A DNA stretch of 64,000 nt from Gammaproteobacteria bacterium (GCA_965224825.1 CBDDAG010000001.1:691598-755597), one strand, 5' to 3'; positions 1 through 10,136 are shown, counted from the stretch's first letter. Notes: generated from the sequence alone by a model not told the origin. Translations and numbers: made by a program.

Positions 1-140
1 TCCAGTCAGCTAGGAGTGAATGTTCGCTATCTTGAGTTGAACAATCTTTTTGAAATAAATGAAGATCTTGATCTCGATAAAGTCGCTTTATGTCTTCCCG
101 CAATCGGTGCGGCCCTGGACATGAATGAGGTCGGTTCATG
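1..140 (+). CDS. 3' end of an upstream CDS, likely the MshI N-terminal (PilM-like) part; reading frame 1 ends ...LDMNEVGS*
   Basis: An open frame runs from the window start to the TGA at 139-141, overlapping the next gene's start as ATGA. Operon context matches the MSHA cluster. Confidence 0.35.
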
Positions 141-803
141 AGCCAGATCACACAGCAAGTCAACCTCTACCAAAGTCAGTTCCAGCCAGAAAAAGAACGA
201 TTCACGTTGGCTCATTGTTTGATCGTGTTACTTCTTGTTAGCATTACTTTTGCTGGTTTTAGCTGGTTGAAAATTGATCAGCTGAAACAAATAGAACAAC
301 AAATATCACAACAGGAAAAACAACATCAAACTATGCTGGCTCAATTATCAAAATTGGCTGCAGAAAGTAATAACAATCAAAAAACAGCCGTTAAAGAAAC
401 AGACATTATTGGTAAGGAAGAAGAGCTAAAAGCTCGTCGAGAATTGTTGAGCACCCTGACGGGTGGGAAACATGGAAGCACAGAAGGTTTTTCAGATTAT
501 TTGTTGGCGCTTTCACGACAGCATGTTAATGGAGCCTGGATTACTGGCCTTTCAGTACAACAAGGTGGAACAAAGCTGGCGATTGCGGGTAGTTCTCTGA
601 AGCCGGAGCTGGCACCTGTTTATCTACAAAGCCTGTCTAATGAAAAAGTATTCTCCGGGAAAACATTTGGTGTGATGGAGCTGAGCCGGCAGGATGTAAA
701 GTCTGACGATGGAACATTAAATAGTTCTGATCAGATCGATTTTATATTCCGCACAGACAATAACGATGTGACACAGGTTGAGGAAGTTGAGAATGAATCT
801 TGA
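138..803 (+). CDS. mshI: MSHA pilus biogenesis protein, PilN-like (MshI C-terminal half / MshI2)
   Basis: 221 aa with one N-proximal TM helix (LAHCLIVLLLVSITFAGF) and a coiled-coil, Q-rich region. It sits first in a mshJ-K-L-M-N-E-G gene order. Confidence 0.55.
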   Translation: MSQITQQVNLYQSQFQPEKERFTLAHCLIVLLLVSITFAGFSWLKIDQLKQIEQQISQQEKQHQTMLAQLSKLAAESNNNQKTAVKETDIIGKEEELKARRELLSTLTGGKHGSTEGFSDYLLALSRQHVNGAWITGLSVQQGGTKLAIAGSSLKPELAPVYLQSLSNEKVFSGKTFGVMELSRQDVKSDDGTLNSSDQIDFIFRTDNNDVTQVEEVENES

Positions 804-1497
804 TGCGCTTAATAATCGTGTAAAAACACTGACACTAAAAGAAAGGGTCGGAATTTTTCTGGCGATCAGCGTAGTGATCTATGGCATCTGGGATTTCACT
901 TTTATGCAGCCGATGCTTGAAAAGGAAGCCATGCTCAATAGCAGCCTGGATCAAAAAGGCCAGTTAATTATGACCTTATCTGATCAGGTGCAAAATCTGG
1001 TTGATTCAGACCAAAGTCCACAATTTAAAAAGAACCGTCAACGTTTAGAAAATGTGATAGGTCAACTGGAACTAACGGATCAGAGATTACTTGAGATTAC
1101 TTCAAGTTTAATCGCGCCGGATCAAATGGCCAAAGTTCTGGAAACATTATTGGTGCAGTCAGAAGGATTAACGATTCGACGATTGCATGGTCTGGGTGCA
1201 AAACCATTCCCTGAGAAAGTAGAAAAAACAGATCAGGAACTCGTAAAGAATTCAGTAGGTAAAGAAGTCATCAATGAAGAAATTGAAGTAGAAATGCCAA
1301 CAGCCTGGGAGCACGGTTTACGACTTGAGTTCAGTGGTAGTTATCTTGATACGATGAAATATTTGAAGTCACTGGAAGAACTTAACTGGAAATTTTACTG
1401 GGACAGTGTCGAGCTGGAAGTTGATGAATATCCGAATGTGAACACTGCAATAAAAGTTTATACATTGAGTCTTGAAGAAGAGTGGATTGACGTATGA
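793..1497 (+). CDS. mshJ: MSHA biogenesis protein MshJ (PilO-like)
   Basis: A single TM helix near the N-terminus (GIFLAISVVIYGIW), size, and position in the MSHA operon. ATG 793 with the upstream GAGGAAG RBS is preferred over the TTG at 778. Confidence 0.55.
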   Translation: MNLDALNNRVKTLTLKERVGIFLAISVVIYGIWDFTFMQPMLEKEAMLNSSLDQKGQLIMTLSDQVQNLVDSDQSPQFKKNRQRLENVIGQLELTDQRLLEITSSLIAPDQMAKVLETLLVQSEGLTIRRLHGLGAKPFPEKVEKTDQELVKNSVGKEVINEEIEVEMPTAWEHGLRLEFSGSYLDTMKYLKSLEELNWKFYWDSVELEVDEYPNVNTAIKVYTLSLEEEWIDV

Positions 1498-1889
1498 AAC
1501 CATTAACGAATTTAATCATTATGAGCCTGATGCTCATCATGGCAGGTCTTACAAATGCCACAACAGGATTAGTTGATCCGACGCGTCCAGCCAATCTTGT
1601 CGAGGCAGCAGTAAATGAAGCTGCCGTTCAGAATAAAAGCGATCAAAAAGATGGAACTGAAAGTCAGGAGAAATCTGAGCCGATACCAGATTACAGACTC
1701 AATGCAATCAAAATTGGCCGTTCATCTCGAATGGCAATTATTAATGGTGAAACAGTATCGCCAGGTCAGAAAGTTGGTGTTGCGAAGTTAGTAAAAATTA
1801 ATTCAGATTCAGTCGTGATGGATGTTAACGGTAAAGCAATTACTGTTTCTTTACTCCCTGGTTCGATCAAGACACGTTCATCAAAATAA
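1494..1889 (+). CDS. mshK: MSHA biogenesis lipoprotein/periplasmic protein MshK
   Basis: 131 aa with a signal peptide, sitting between mshJ and the secretin. Its start overlaps mshJ's stop. Confidence 0.45.
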   Translation: MKPLTNLIIMSLMLIMAGLTNATTGLVDPTRPANLVEAAVNEAAVQNKSDQKDGTESQEKSEPIPDYRLNAIKIGRSSRMAIINGETVSPGQKVGVAKLVKINSDSVVMDVNGKAITVSLLPGSIKTRSSK

Positions 1890-3619
1890 TGGAAAGTAAG
1901 ATGAAAACATTTAAATTAAAACGATTATTGTTGATCATTTCATTGATCATGATTTCAGCTTGTGAAAGTACGGCACCGCGTGTCGAGACAATCGATGAGA
2001 TGGATCAGATTCTGGCCGAAGGCGCTAATCATGTTCCTGCGAAGGAGCTTGAAAAGACAATGACCGCTGACGAAGTGAGTAGAGCATTGATGCCTTCGAT
2101 GAAAATGGATCCACCTCCTGCGGACTCGGGTCAGACAATCAAAAATGATAAGCAACGCTTTGATATTTCTGTCAGTAATGTCCCCGCTGATCAGTTTTAT
2201 ATGAGTCTGGTGGAAGGTACAAATTACAATATTGTGGTTCATCCTGATCTAAAAGGAACAATATCTTTGAATCTTAAAAATGTCACGATTACGGAAGTGA
2301 TGGATGCAGTACGTGATGTTTATGGTTATGAATTTGAACGCACGGGTTATGGTCTGCGTGTTTTGCCAAATGCGATGGAAACAAGAATATTTCAGGTGGA
2401 TTACTTGAATGTAGAACGTTCAGGTGTGTCATCGACGTCTGTTAGCTCTGGCACATTGCAATCGAGTTCAGATAGTTCTGGCAGTAACTCAAGTGGAAGT
2501 TCTGGCTCCAGTGGATCGAGCAATACCGGAACACAGGTCACTACACAACAACCGCTTACAAGCTTCTGGCAAGAACTGGATCTGTCTATTAAATCGATCA
2601 TTGGCAATGAAGATGGACGTAGTGTGATCATCAATCCTCAATCAGGTTTGGTAGTAGTTCGAGCGATCCCTAATGAGTTAAGAGATGTTGAAAAGTTTTT
2701 AATAGCGGCTGAACATATTTCCCAACGCCAAGTAATTCTGGAAGCCAAAATTCTGGAAGTTGAACTTAAAGATGAATTTCGTAGTGGCGTAAACTGGTCG
2801 GCTTTGGCAGGTTCTTTCTCAGCTGGTGTTGCCGGTGGTGGTACGTCTTTAGAAAGCGATGCTGGTTTCAGTAATACACGTGGTTTTATTCCAGCAAAGG
2901 GTCAGTTTATTCCCCCGTCCAGTTTTGGTGGTATTTTCTCTTTGGCGATCAATGGTAGTAAATTTAGCGCGCTGGTAGAACTACTAGAAACTCAGGGTAG
3001 TGTGCAGGTTTTATCCAGCCCACGAATTTCGACCATGAATAATCAAAAAGCGGTGATCAAAGTTGGGCAGGATGAATTTTTTGTAACAGATGTTTCTTCT
3101 GAGTCTGCCACAGGTGGCGCGGGTACTAACCAGACGGCTGATATTGAGTTAACCCCCTTTTTCTCCGGTATCGCTTTAGATGTCACACCGCAGATCAGTG
3201 AAGATAATGAAGTGACTTTGCACATTCACCCTTCTGTTAGTCGTGTAAGAGAGCAACAGAAAATATTACAAGTTAATGGTCAGGATCAGAGCCTGCCGTT
3301 GGCACGAAGTACCATCAGAGAGTCTGACAGCATTATCCGTGCACAAAGTGGTCAGATTGTTGTGATCGGTGGACTGATGCAAGACACGATTGATGATCGT
3401 GATGCGAAGACTCCGGGTGCCGGTGACGTTCCTTTGTTTGGGAACTTATTCAAGCACAAAGCACGATCAAAAACTAAAAGTGAGTTGATCATTCTGCTCC
3501 GTCCGATTGTGGTCGATAGCCCTCGACGCTGGGCTGAAGCGATCAATGATTCTCGTCATAATGTTGGCGAAATACGTCAGGGTGTTATGGATTGGAAACA
3601 GCCTGGGACTCCTCAATAA
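1889..3619 (+). CDS. mshL: MSHA secretin MshL (GspD/PilQ secretin family)
   Basis: 576 aa with a lipoprotein-like signal (ISACES). Secretin C-domain hallmarks are present (VIKVGQDEFFVTDVSS, IVVIGGLMQD, PLFGNLFKHK). There is a Ser/Gly-rich linker. Confidence 0.85.
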   Translation: MESKMKTFKLKRLLLIISLIMISACESTAPRVETIDEMDQILAEGANHVPAKELEKTMTADEVSRALMPSMKMDPPPADSGQTIKNDKQRFDISVSNVPADQFYMSLVEGTNYNIVVHPDLKGTISLNLKNVTITEVMDAVRDVYGYEFERTGYGLRVLPNAMETRIFQVDYLNVERSGVSSTSVSSGTLQSSSDSSGSNSSGSSGSSGSSNTGTQVTTQQPLTSFWQELDLSIKSIIGNEDGRSVIINPQSGLVVVRAIPNELRDVEKFLIAAEHISQRQVILEAKILEVELKDEFRSGVNWSALAGSFSAGVAGGGTSLESDAGFSNTRGFIPAKGQFIPPSSFGGIFSLAINGSKFSALVELLETQGSVQVLSSPRISTMNNQKAVIKVGQDEFFVTDVSSESATGGAGTNQTADIELTPFFSGIALDVTPQISEDNEVTLHIHPSVSRVREQQKILQVNGQDQSLPLARSTIRESDSIIRAQSGQIVVIGGLMQDTIDDRDAKTPGAGDVPLFGNLFKHKARSKTKSELIILLRPIVVDSPRRWAEAINDSRHNVGEIRQGVMDWKQPGTPQ

Positions 3620-3788
3620 ATCGTAGAGAGCTCTATATGGGATGTGCTGACGACAGGAAGCGCATCTTTTGCGATTGATGCGCTTCGTCCTCAGCACATC
3701 CTCTGATTGAACAATTCTGGTCTATCCAAATCAGGCACGAGTAATGCATGAGTAAACATACTCATGAAAACCTGGAGGAGGGCAGATC

Positions 3789-4733
3789 ATGTATTTACAA
3801 CATTTTCGTTTAACAGAATTACCTTTTGGTATCACACCAGATACTTCATTTTTTATGAATCGTTCCGGTTATCGGGATGCGCTCAATGTCATGAAAGTGG
3901 CATTGGATATGGGTGAGGGATTTCTCAAGGTTACCGGTGAAGTCGGAACCGGGAAAACATTATTATGCCGGGCGCTGATCAATAATCTCGGTGACGAATA
4001 TGTGACCGCTTATGTCCCCAATCCTTACCTGACACCAGAATCATTATTCCTGACCATTGCTGACGAATTAGGTATTCGTTATATGCCGAATATCAAGCAG
4101 CACGCCTTGCTGAAACGCATTACTTGGTCCTTATTGAAAATGCGTAAAGATGGTAAGCGGGTTGTGCTATGTCTTGATGAAGCGCAAGCAATGCCGATCG
4201 AAACACTGGAAACACTTCGCCTTCTGACTAACCTCGAAACTGAAAAGCGTAAATTGATCCAGGTGGTGTTATTTGGACAACCAGAGCTGGATGATGTGTT
4301 GGCAGAACCTTCTATTCGACAACTTCGTCAACGTATTACTTTTTCCTACAAACTGGCACCATTAAATCGTGATGGGATGAAACGATATCTTGATCATCGT
4401 CTTAGCATAGCAGGCTATATGGATGGTGATATGTTTGATCAGGATTCGCTTGAATTACTCTATGTTGCCAGTCGTGGTATTCCAAGGTTGGTTAATATTC
4501 TTGCGCACAAAGCGATGATCGTAGCCTATGGTGTTGGTGATCTGATTGTGACTCGTAAGCACATGCGTGTGTCGATCGAAGACACAGATGATGCACGTCG
4601 TTGGCATGAAAAATCAGCACGAAAAAGAGATCGGGTTATGCGTTGGGCCTATGGTACGTTTGGAACATTTGCTCTGATCAGCCTGGTTGTCTTTGGTTTG
4701 AACTCACCGGATGTAATGGCGCTGATAAAATGA
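3789..4733 (+). CDS. mshM: MSHA biogenesis protein MshM (ExeA-like AAA ATPase)
   Basis: Walker A GEVGTGKT, Walker B VLCLDEAQ, ExeA/GspA-like architecture, and a C-terminal TM segment. Confidence 0.8.
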   Translation: MYLQHFRLTELPFGITPDTSFFMNRSGYRDALNVMKVALDMGEGFLKVTGEVGTGKTLLCRALINNLGDEYVTAYVPNPYLTPESLFLTIADELGIRYMPNIKQHALLKRITWSLLKMRKDGKRVVLCLDEAQAMPIETLETLRLLTNLETEKRKLIQVVLFGQPELDDVLAEPSIRQLRQRITFSYKLAPLNRDGMKRYLDHRLSIAGYMDGDMFDQDSLELLYVASRGIPRLVNILAHKAMIVAYGVGDLIVTRKHMRVSIEDTDDARRWHEKSARKRDRVMRWAYGTFGTFALISLVVFGLNSPDVMALIK

Positions 4734-5854
4734 GTTTCGTGAATGATGTCCTGGCTGAAGAAGCAGACAGAAAAGACCTCATCTTATTTGAAGACTCTTC
4801 AGTCTTTCGAGATGCTGATTTTTCGCCGATCCATGACAGCGCCAGGTTAAAAAAGAAATATTGGTTAAATTTTCTGCTGGCATTGATCGTTTTAACGATA
4901 GCGATTAACTTTATTGATCAACTTCCTGTCAGTAAAAGTTATTCTAATACGAGTAACAATACTAAATACTCTTATACAGAAAAACTGGATCTTCCCATTT
5001 TGAAACCAACCTTTATTCAGGAAACGGTTGAGAATGAAACCATCGTTGTAGTTGAAGAAAAATCTGATCCAGAGGAAAAGCATTTTGTGCAGGAAGTCAG
5101 TGCTGAAAAAATACTGGAGAAACCTAAACCCCAGTTACAACAGCCAATCCAAAAGTCTTCCCGTGCATTAGTTAAGTCTGATCAAAAAGTTGAGCAAGTG
5201 CTGGATCTGACAAGCGACAAAATTGTTTTCAATAAAAATGTATCAACTGATCAGACACAAATTAAAATTGAGACACAATTCGAGCACGCACAACAATTAA
5301 TACAACAGGGCGAAGTCGCTTCTGCGATCACGGAATTGAAACAAGTTTTGATTCTGGATGATCGTCATCTTGAAGTGCGTTTATTGCTGACAGCAAAACT
5401 GATTGATCAAGGACGAGCTCCTGAAGCGATCAAGGTTTATAAAAAAGGCTTGTTAATTACTCCCGGAGAGTCTCGTCTGGCCAAGCCTCTGGCTCACCTG
5501 TTAGTTGAAAGAGGCAAGATTGATCAATCATTACAGGTTTTGCAACAAGCAGCACCATCTACAAAAACTGATCCAGACTACCATTCATTTATAGCCTCTT
5601 TGCAACAGCAAACTGGCAGGCATGGAAAAGCGATCACAATCTATCAACAAATTCTGAAAAGCCAGCCAGAGAACGGTAAATGGTGGTTGGGACTGGGTAT
5701 TTCATTAATGGCCGAAGCCAGAAATAAAGAGGCACTTATTGCCTTCGAGTCATCTTTGCATGATGAACGGATTTCATCAGCATTGAAACAGTTTGCGAGT
5801 CAAAGAATTCTCGATCTGAAGGATTCTCGATCAGAAAACAGAGGAAACTCATAA
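4730..5854 (+). CDS. mshN: MSHA biogenesis TPR-repeat protein MshN
   Basis: TPR-like repeats in the C-terminal half (AITELKQVLILDDRHLEVRLLLTAKLIDQG, AIKVYKKGL...). ATG 4730 overlaps the mshM stop as ATGA, and the longer ORF starting at 4643 is rejected. Confidence 0.6.
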   Translation: MSFVNDVLAEEADRKDLILFEDSSVFRDADFSPIHDSARLKKKYWLNFLLALIVLTIAINFIDQLPVSKSYSNTSNNTKYSYTEKLDLPILKPTFIQETVENETIVVVEEKSDPEEKHFVQEVSAEKILEKPKPQLQQPIQKSSRALVKSDQKVEQVLDLTSDKIVFNKNVSTDQTQIKIETQFEHAQQLIQQGEVASAITELKQVLILDDRHLEVRLLLTAKLIDQGRAPEAIKVYKKGLLITPGESRLAKPLAHLLVERGKIDQSLQVLQQAAPSTKTDPDYHSFIASLQQQTGRHGKAITIYQQILKSQPENGKWWLGLGISLMAEARNKEALIAFESSLHDERISSALKQFASQRILDLKDSRSENRGNS

Positions 5855-7719
5855 TGCAACGTAAGCGAATTCGGCTGGGTGATCTGCTGGTAGAAAATAA
5901 TGTTATTTCTCAACAGCAATTAGAAGATGCGTTGGAGAAGCAAAAGACCAGTGGATTAAAACTGGGTCGCGTGCTGACTGAAGGCGGTTATGTTTCTGAA
6001 GATGAAATGCTGCGGTTTTTATCTGCACAATTAAAAGTGCCTCTGATTGATCTGACTCAATATCCGCTAAAACCAGAAGTTGTTAAATTAATTCCGGAAA
6101 TCCATGCGCGACGTTTTCGAGTGTTGGCTCTGAGTAATGAAGATGACTCTGTGCTGGTTGGCATGGCTGATCCAACGAATATTTTTGCTTTCGATGAACT
6201 GGCTCGTATTCTGAAAAAGGATCTGATCGTGGCGGTGGTTCGTGAGTCTGATCTTCTACAATCATTAGACACAGCTTATCGTCAGACAGAACAGATTTCT
6301 GGTTTTGCAGAAGAGTTGGATGATGAGCTGTCTGAAAATGATAATTATCTGAATGATCTGGCTGAGAATGTCGATCATTCCGATGCTCCCGTCGTTAAAT
6401 TACTGCAGTCATTGTTGGAAGATGCGATCCGTTCACGAGCATCAGATATTCATATCGAACCAGATGAAACTGTGTTGAGAATTCGTCAGCGAGTGGATGG
6501 TGTTTTACAAGAGCAAATTATCAAAGAAAAACGTGTGGCCAACGCGCTTGTTGTGAAGCTGAAGTTGATGGCTGGAATGGATATTTCAGAAAAACGTCTG
6601 CCTCAGGACGGTCGTTTCAGTATTAAAGTTCACAAGCATAATGTTGATATTCGAATCTCAACTATGCCGATCTATCATGGCGAATCTGTGGTCATGCGTT
6701 TGCTTGACCAGACGGATGGAATTCCTGATCTGAGTGCCTTGGGAATGCCGGATGAAATTCGTGATCGTTTTGAAGCATCCGTCAGGGCACCGAATGGAAT
6801 GGTATTGGTTACGGGGCCGACCGGTAGTGGTAAAACGACGACTTTATACAGCACACTTAAATTATTAAACAAGCCTGAAGTTAAAATTATTACGGTGGAA
6901 GATCCTGTTGAGTATCGCATGCCAAGGATCAACCAGGTGCAGGTTAATACTGAAATAGAATTAACCTTTGCGCGAGTGTTAAGAACAATTCTTCGACAGG
7001 ATCCAGATGTGGTTTTGATCGGCGAAATGCGTGATGCAGAAACTGTTCAGATCGGTCTTCGTGCTGCGATGACAGGTCACATGGTGCTTTCGACTTTGCA
7101 CACAAACGATGCGGTTAGTACTGCAACACGTCTATTGGATATGGGTGCACCGGGTTATCTTCTGGCAACCTCGCTTCGGGCGATTATTGCGCAGCGTCTG
7201 ATCCGACGAATCTGTGATGGTTGTTCAATGGTTCATGAACCGGATGCTGCAGAAAAAAGCTGGTTAAGAAAGTCGGATCAATATGGTTATGAATATCATG
7301 CCGGATCAGGCTGTCAAAAATGTCATCAAACAGGATATTCTGGGCGAATTGCGGTGCAGGAACTATTGACCATTGATGAGGATCTTTCTCTGGCCTTGGC
7401 ATCAGGTGATACAGCTGAATTTATTCGTACTGCAAAACATTCAGATAATTATAAACCTCTAGGTTTGGTTGCTCTGGAATTTGCTCAACAGGGAATCACA
7501 ACGCTTGAAGAAGTGATGCGTATTTCTGCTGAGATTGATTTGGATACTGAGTCGCAGAATGTTCATTCTAATGATGTGGAAAATAGTAGCTCTGTAGATG
7601 AAGAACTATCAAATTTAATCCCGGTTCAGACACCCGTAACGGCTGATGAAGAGAGCCTAATGGAACGAACTTTTGAGTTCAATGATAGTAAATTGTCGCT
7701 GACAACGATAGAAGATTGA
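5854..7719 (+). CDS. mshE: MSHA pilus extension ATPase MshE (GspE family with N-terminal c-di-GMP-binding MshEN domain)
   Basis: Tandem MshEN motifs RLGDLLVENNVISQQQLEDALEKQ and KLGRVLTEGGYVSEDEMLRFLSAQ. Walker A GPTGSGKTT. A CxxC...CxxC tetracysteine motif is present (CDGC...CQKC). Confidence 0.88.
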   Translation: MQRKRIRLGDLLVENNVISQQQLEDALEKQKTSGLKLGRVLTEGGYVSEDEMLRFLSAQLKVPLIDLTQYPLKPEVVKLIPEIHARRFRVLALSNEDDSVLVGMADPTNIFAFDELARILKKDLIVAVVRESDLLQSLDTAYRQTEQISGFAEELDDELSENDNYLNDLAENVDHSDAPVVKLLQSLLEDAIRSRASDIHIEPDETVLRIRQRVDGVLQEQIIKEKRVANALVVKLKLMAGMDISEKRLPQDGRFSIKVHKHNVDIRISTMPIYHGESVVMRLLDQTDGIPDLSALGMPDEIRDRFEASVRAPNGMVLVTGPTGSGKTTTLYSTLKLLNKPEVKIITVEDPVEYRMPRINQVQVNTEIELTFARVLRTILRQDPDVVLIGEMRDAETVQIGLRAAMTGHMVLSTLHTNDAVSTATRLLDMGAPGYLLATSLRAIIAQRLIRRICDGCSMVHEPDAAEKSWLRKSDQYGYEYHAGSGCQKCHQTGYSGRIAVQELLTIDEDLSLALASGDTAEFIRTAKHSDNYKPLGLVALEFAQQGITTLEEVMRISAEIDLDTESQNVHSNDVENSSSVDEELSNLIPVQTPVTADEESLMERTFEFNDSKLSLTTIED

Positions 7720-7728
7720 TAATCAGGA

Positions 7729-8952
7729 ATGGCGATCTTCGAATATAAAGGACGTGATAATAGTGGTGGTTTGATCACTGGCGATATGGAAGGTGTTTCT
7801 TCTGCTGCGATCGCGACACATTTATTAAGCACCGGGATTACTCCGGTCAATATTCATGAAAAAGTTGAGAAGAAAGATCTATTCAACGATTTTGGCGATA
7901 TTTTCAAGAATAAAAAGCCACCTGATATTTCTGAAATGGTGATGTTCTCCCGTCAGATGTATGCACTGTTAAGAACAGGTATTCCTGTTAATCAGGCGAT
8001 TGGTGGAATTCAGCGATCGATCAAGAATGAATATTTCGCCGAAGTTCTACACGAGATCCAAAGTGATCTTGAGTCTGGTCAGGAAATGAGTGCCAGCCTG
8101 AAACAACATCCACGAATATTTTCAGATTTGTTTGTCGCTATGATTAGTGTTGGTGAAAATACGGGGCGGCTTGATGAAGCCTTTTTACAGATCTCGCATT
8201 ATATGGAGTATGACAAGGAAACACGGCAACGTATAAAAAGTGCATTGCGTTACCCGAGCTTTGTCATGATTGCGATCTCGGTAGCGGTTGCTGTGATCAA
8301 TATTTTCGTCATTCCTGCCTTTGCTAAAATCTTTGAAAATGCCAACGCCGAATTACCATTAGCGACACAAGTCCTGATGATGACCTCGAATATGTTTGTC
8401 AATTACTGGCACTTTATGTTGATCACGTTAGTTGTGATCATTGGATCCGTAAGAGCCTGGGTTCAGACAGATTCTGGACGTTACACATGGGATAAGATGA
8501 AACTCAGACTACCGCTGGTTGGTAACATTATTAAGCGTGCCACACTGGGACGTTTTGCTCGTTCCTTCGCCATGTCGATTGGAGCTGGTGTGCCTTTAAC
8601 GCAGGCATTATCTGTCGTAGCGAAAGCGGTCGATAATCGTTTTGTCGGTTCTCATGTGAAGGATATTCAAAATGCAGTCGAGCGAGGTAGTACGCTTACG
8701 CACGCAGCTTCAGAAACCGACATGTTCACGCCATTGGTGATTCAGATGTTGAACGTTGGTGAAGAAACAGGCGTGGTTGATGAAATGATGCAGGAAGTGG
8801 CCGGGTTTTATGAACGTGAAGTTGAGTATGATGTGAAAAATCTTAGTTCAACCATCGAACCAGTTCTGATCTCAGTTATAGGTGTGATGGTTTTGATCCT
8901 GGCACTGGGTATCTTCCTGCCGATGTGGGATATGAGCAGCGTTATGGGTTAG
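7729..8952 (+). CDS. mshG: MSHA platform protein MshG (GspF/PilC family)
   Basis: 407 aa with three TM segments and GspF-type repeats. Confidence 0.85.
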   Translation: MAIFEYKGRDNSGGLITGDMEGVSSAAIATHLLSTGITPVNIHEKVEKKDLFNDFGDIFKNKKPPDISEMVMFSRQMYALLRTGIPVNQAIGGIQRSIKNEYFAEVLHEIQSDLESGQEMSASLKQHPRIFSDLFVAMISVGENTGRLDEAFLQISHYMEYDKETRQRIKSALRYPSFVMIAISVAVAVINIFVIPAFAKIFENANAELPLATQVLMMTSNMFVNYWHFMLITLVVIIGSVRAWVQTDSGRYTWDKMKLRLPLVGNIIKRATLGRFARSFAMSIGAGVPLTQALSVVAKAVDNRFVGSHVKDIQNAVERGSTLTHAASETDMFTPLVIQMLNVGEETGVVDEMMQEVAGFYEREVEYDVKNLSSTIEPVLISVIGVMVLILALGIFLPMWDMSSVMG

Positions 8953-9002
8953 TAATCCGTTATAATCAGTTTTTGCCTGATATCAGGCAAGGTACAGATT
9001 AT

Positions 9003-9854
9003 ATGTCTTCAGCTCTTCCAGAAATTAAACTCAAACCGGGAAGCGATCATTATGCCGTGATGGGTAATCCGATCTCGCACAGTCTTTCCCCGCAAATCCA
9101 TAAACAGTTTGCCGAACAGACGGATCAGAATTTGATCTATCAGGCGATCGAATCACCGTTGGAAAAATTTTCAGAAATAGTTGAGCAATTTCGATCAGCT
9201 GGTGGTCGTGGTCTTAATGTCACCGTACCTTTCAAACAGCAAGCCTGGGAAATCTCCGATCAGCGAACCGAAGTTGCCGAACGTGCCGGTGCAGTGAATA
9301 CGATCTGGTTCGATGATCAAGATTTGATCCAGTCTGATAATACGGATGGTCGAGGTCTGGTTCGGGATATTATGATCAACCATGATCAAATGATCCGTGG
9401 AAAACGAATTTTGATCCTGGGTGCTGGTGGCGCAGTTCGTGGAGTGCTGGAACCTTTGATGAATGAAAAGCCTGAATCTTGTGTGGTTGCTAACCGTACC
9501 GTTTCTCGCGCTGAAGAACTTGCTGATTTGTTTTCTGATCTGGGCAATATTTCTTCGGCCAGCTATTCTGATCTAAAAGGTTCGAGCTTCGATATGATCA
9601 TCAATGGCACCTCAGCCAGCCTCCAGGGAGAACTCCCCCCTTTGCCGGATAATCTTCTTGTCAAAAATGGAGTTTGTTACGACATGATGTATTCAAAAAC
9701 ACCCACGGCCTTCGTAAAATGGGGGCAGAATTGTGGGGCAACATTATCCGTGGATGGCCTGGGAATGTTGATAGAACAAGCTGCAGAGTCATTTTTCATC
9801 TGGCGTGGTGTCAGACCAGAGACAAATTCAATTATTTCTTCGCTCAGGGCTTGA
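9003..9854 (+). CDS. aroE: shikimate dehydrogenase AroE
   Basis: N-terminal YAVMGNPISHSLSPQIH, Rossmann GAGGAVRG, and the NRT motif. ATG 9003 is preferred over the 8925 ORF start. Confidence 0.85.
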   Translation: MSSALPEIKLKPGSDHYAVMGNPISHSLSPQIHKQFAEQTDQNLIYQAIESPLEKFSEIVEQFRSAGGRGLNVTVPFKQQAWEISDQRTEVAERAGAVNTIWFDDQDLIQSDNTDGRGLVRDIMINHDQMIRGKRILILGAGGAVRGVLEPLMNEKPESCVVANRTVSRAEELADLFSDLGNISSASYSDLKGSSFDMIINGTSASLQGELPPLPDNLLVKNGVCYDMMYSKTPTAFVKWGQNCGATLSVDGLGMLIEQAAESFFIWRGVRPETNSIISSLRA

Positions 9855-10023
9855 CTTATTCACATTTTCATCAATAAGCCTCGTTCTCAAGGCTTATCTC
9901 TTCATCCTCCTGTGGATACATTGAAAAGTAACGTAAGTTATTGATTTATGATAAATATAATGGCTGGTTAAAAAGTAACCGTTTTAATAACACTGTAATA
10001 TTGACGGTGGTTGACGGGGTTTT

Positions 10024-10113
10024 GACGCAGCTTATTCACAGAGTTATCCACAGATTTTGTGGGTAAGATTTTTAAGTTATTAAAGACAATGACTTAGCTT
10101 ATTTATGTGATGG
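10024..10113. repeat. direct repeat copy 1 (~90 bp) containing the DnaA-box-like TTATCCACA at 10044-10052
   Basis: cgcagcttattcacagagttatccacagattttgtg...caatgacttagcttatttatgtgatgg matches 12191-12281. Confidence 0.6.
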
Positions 10114-10136
10114 AGTTCACATAAATTACAACTAAG

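Noticed and set aside
4643-4729. Longer mshN ORF start at 4643 overlapping mshM by 90 nt
   Set aside because: An in-frame ATG at 4730 forms an ATGA overlap with the mshM stop, and the N-terminal MSFVNDV looks like a natural start. The 5' extension is probably frame run-on.
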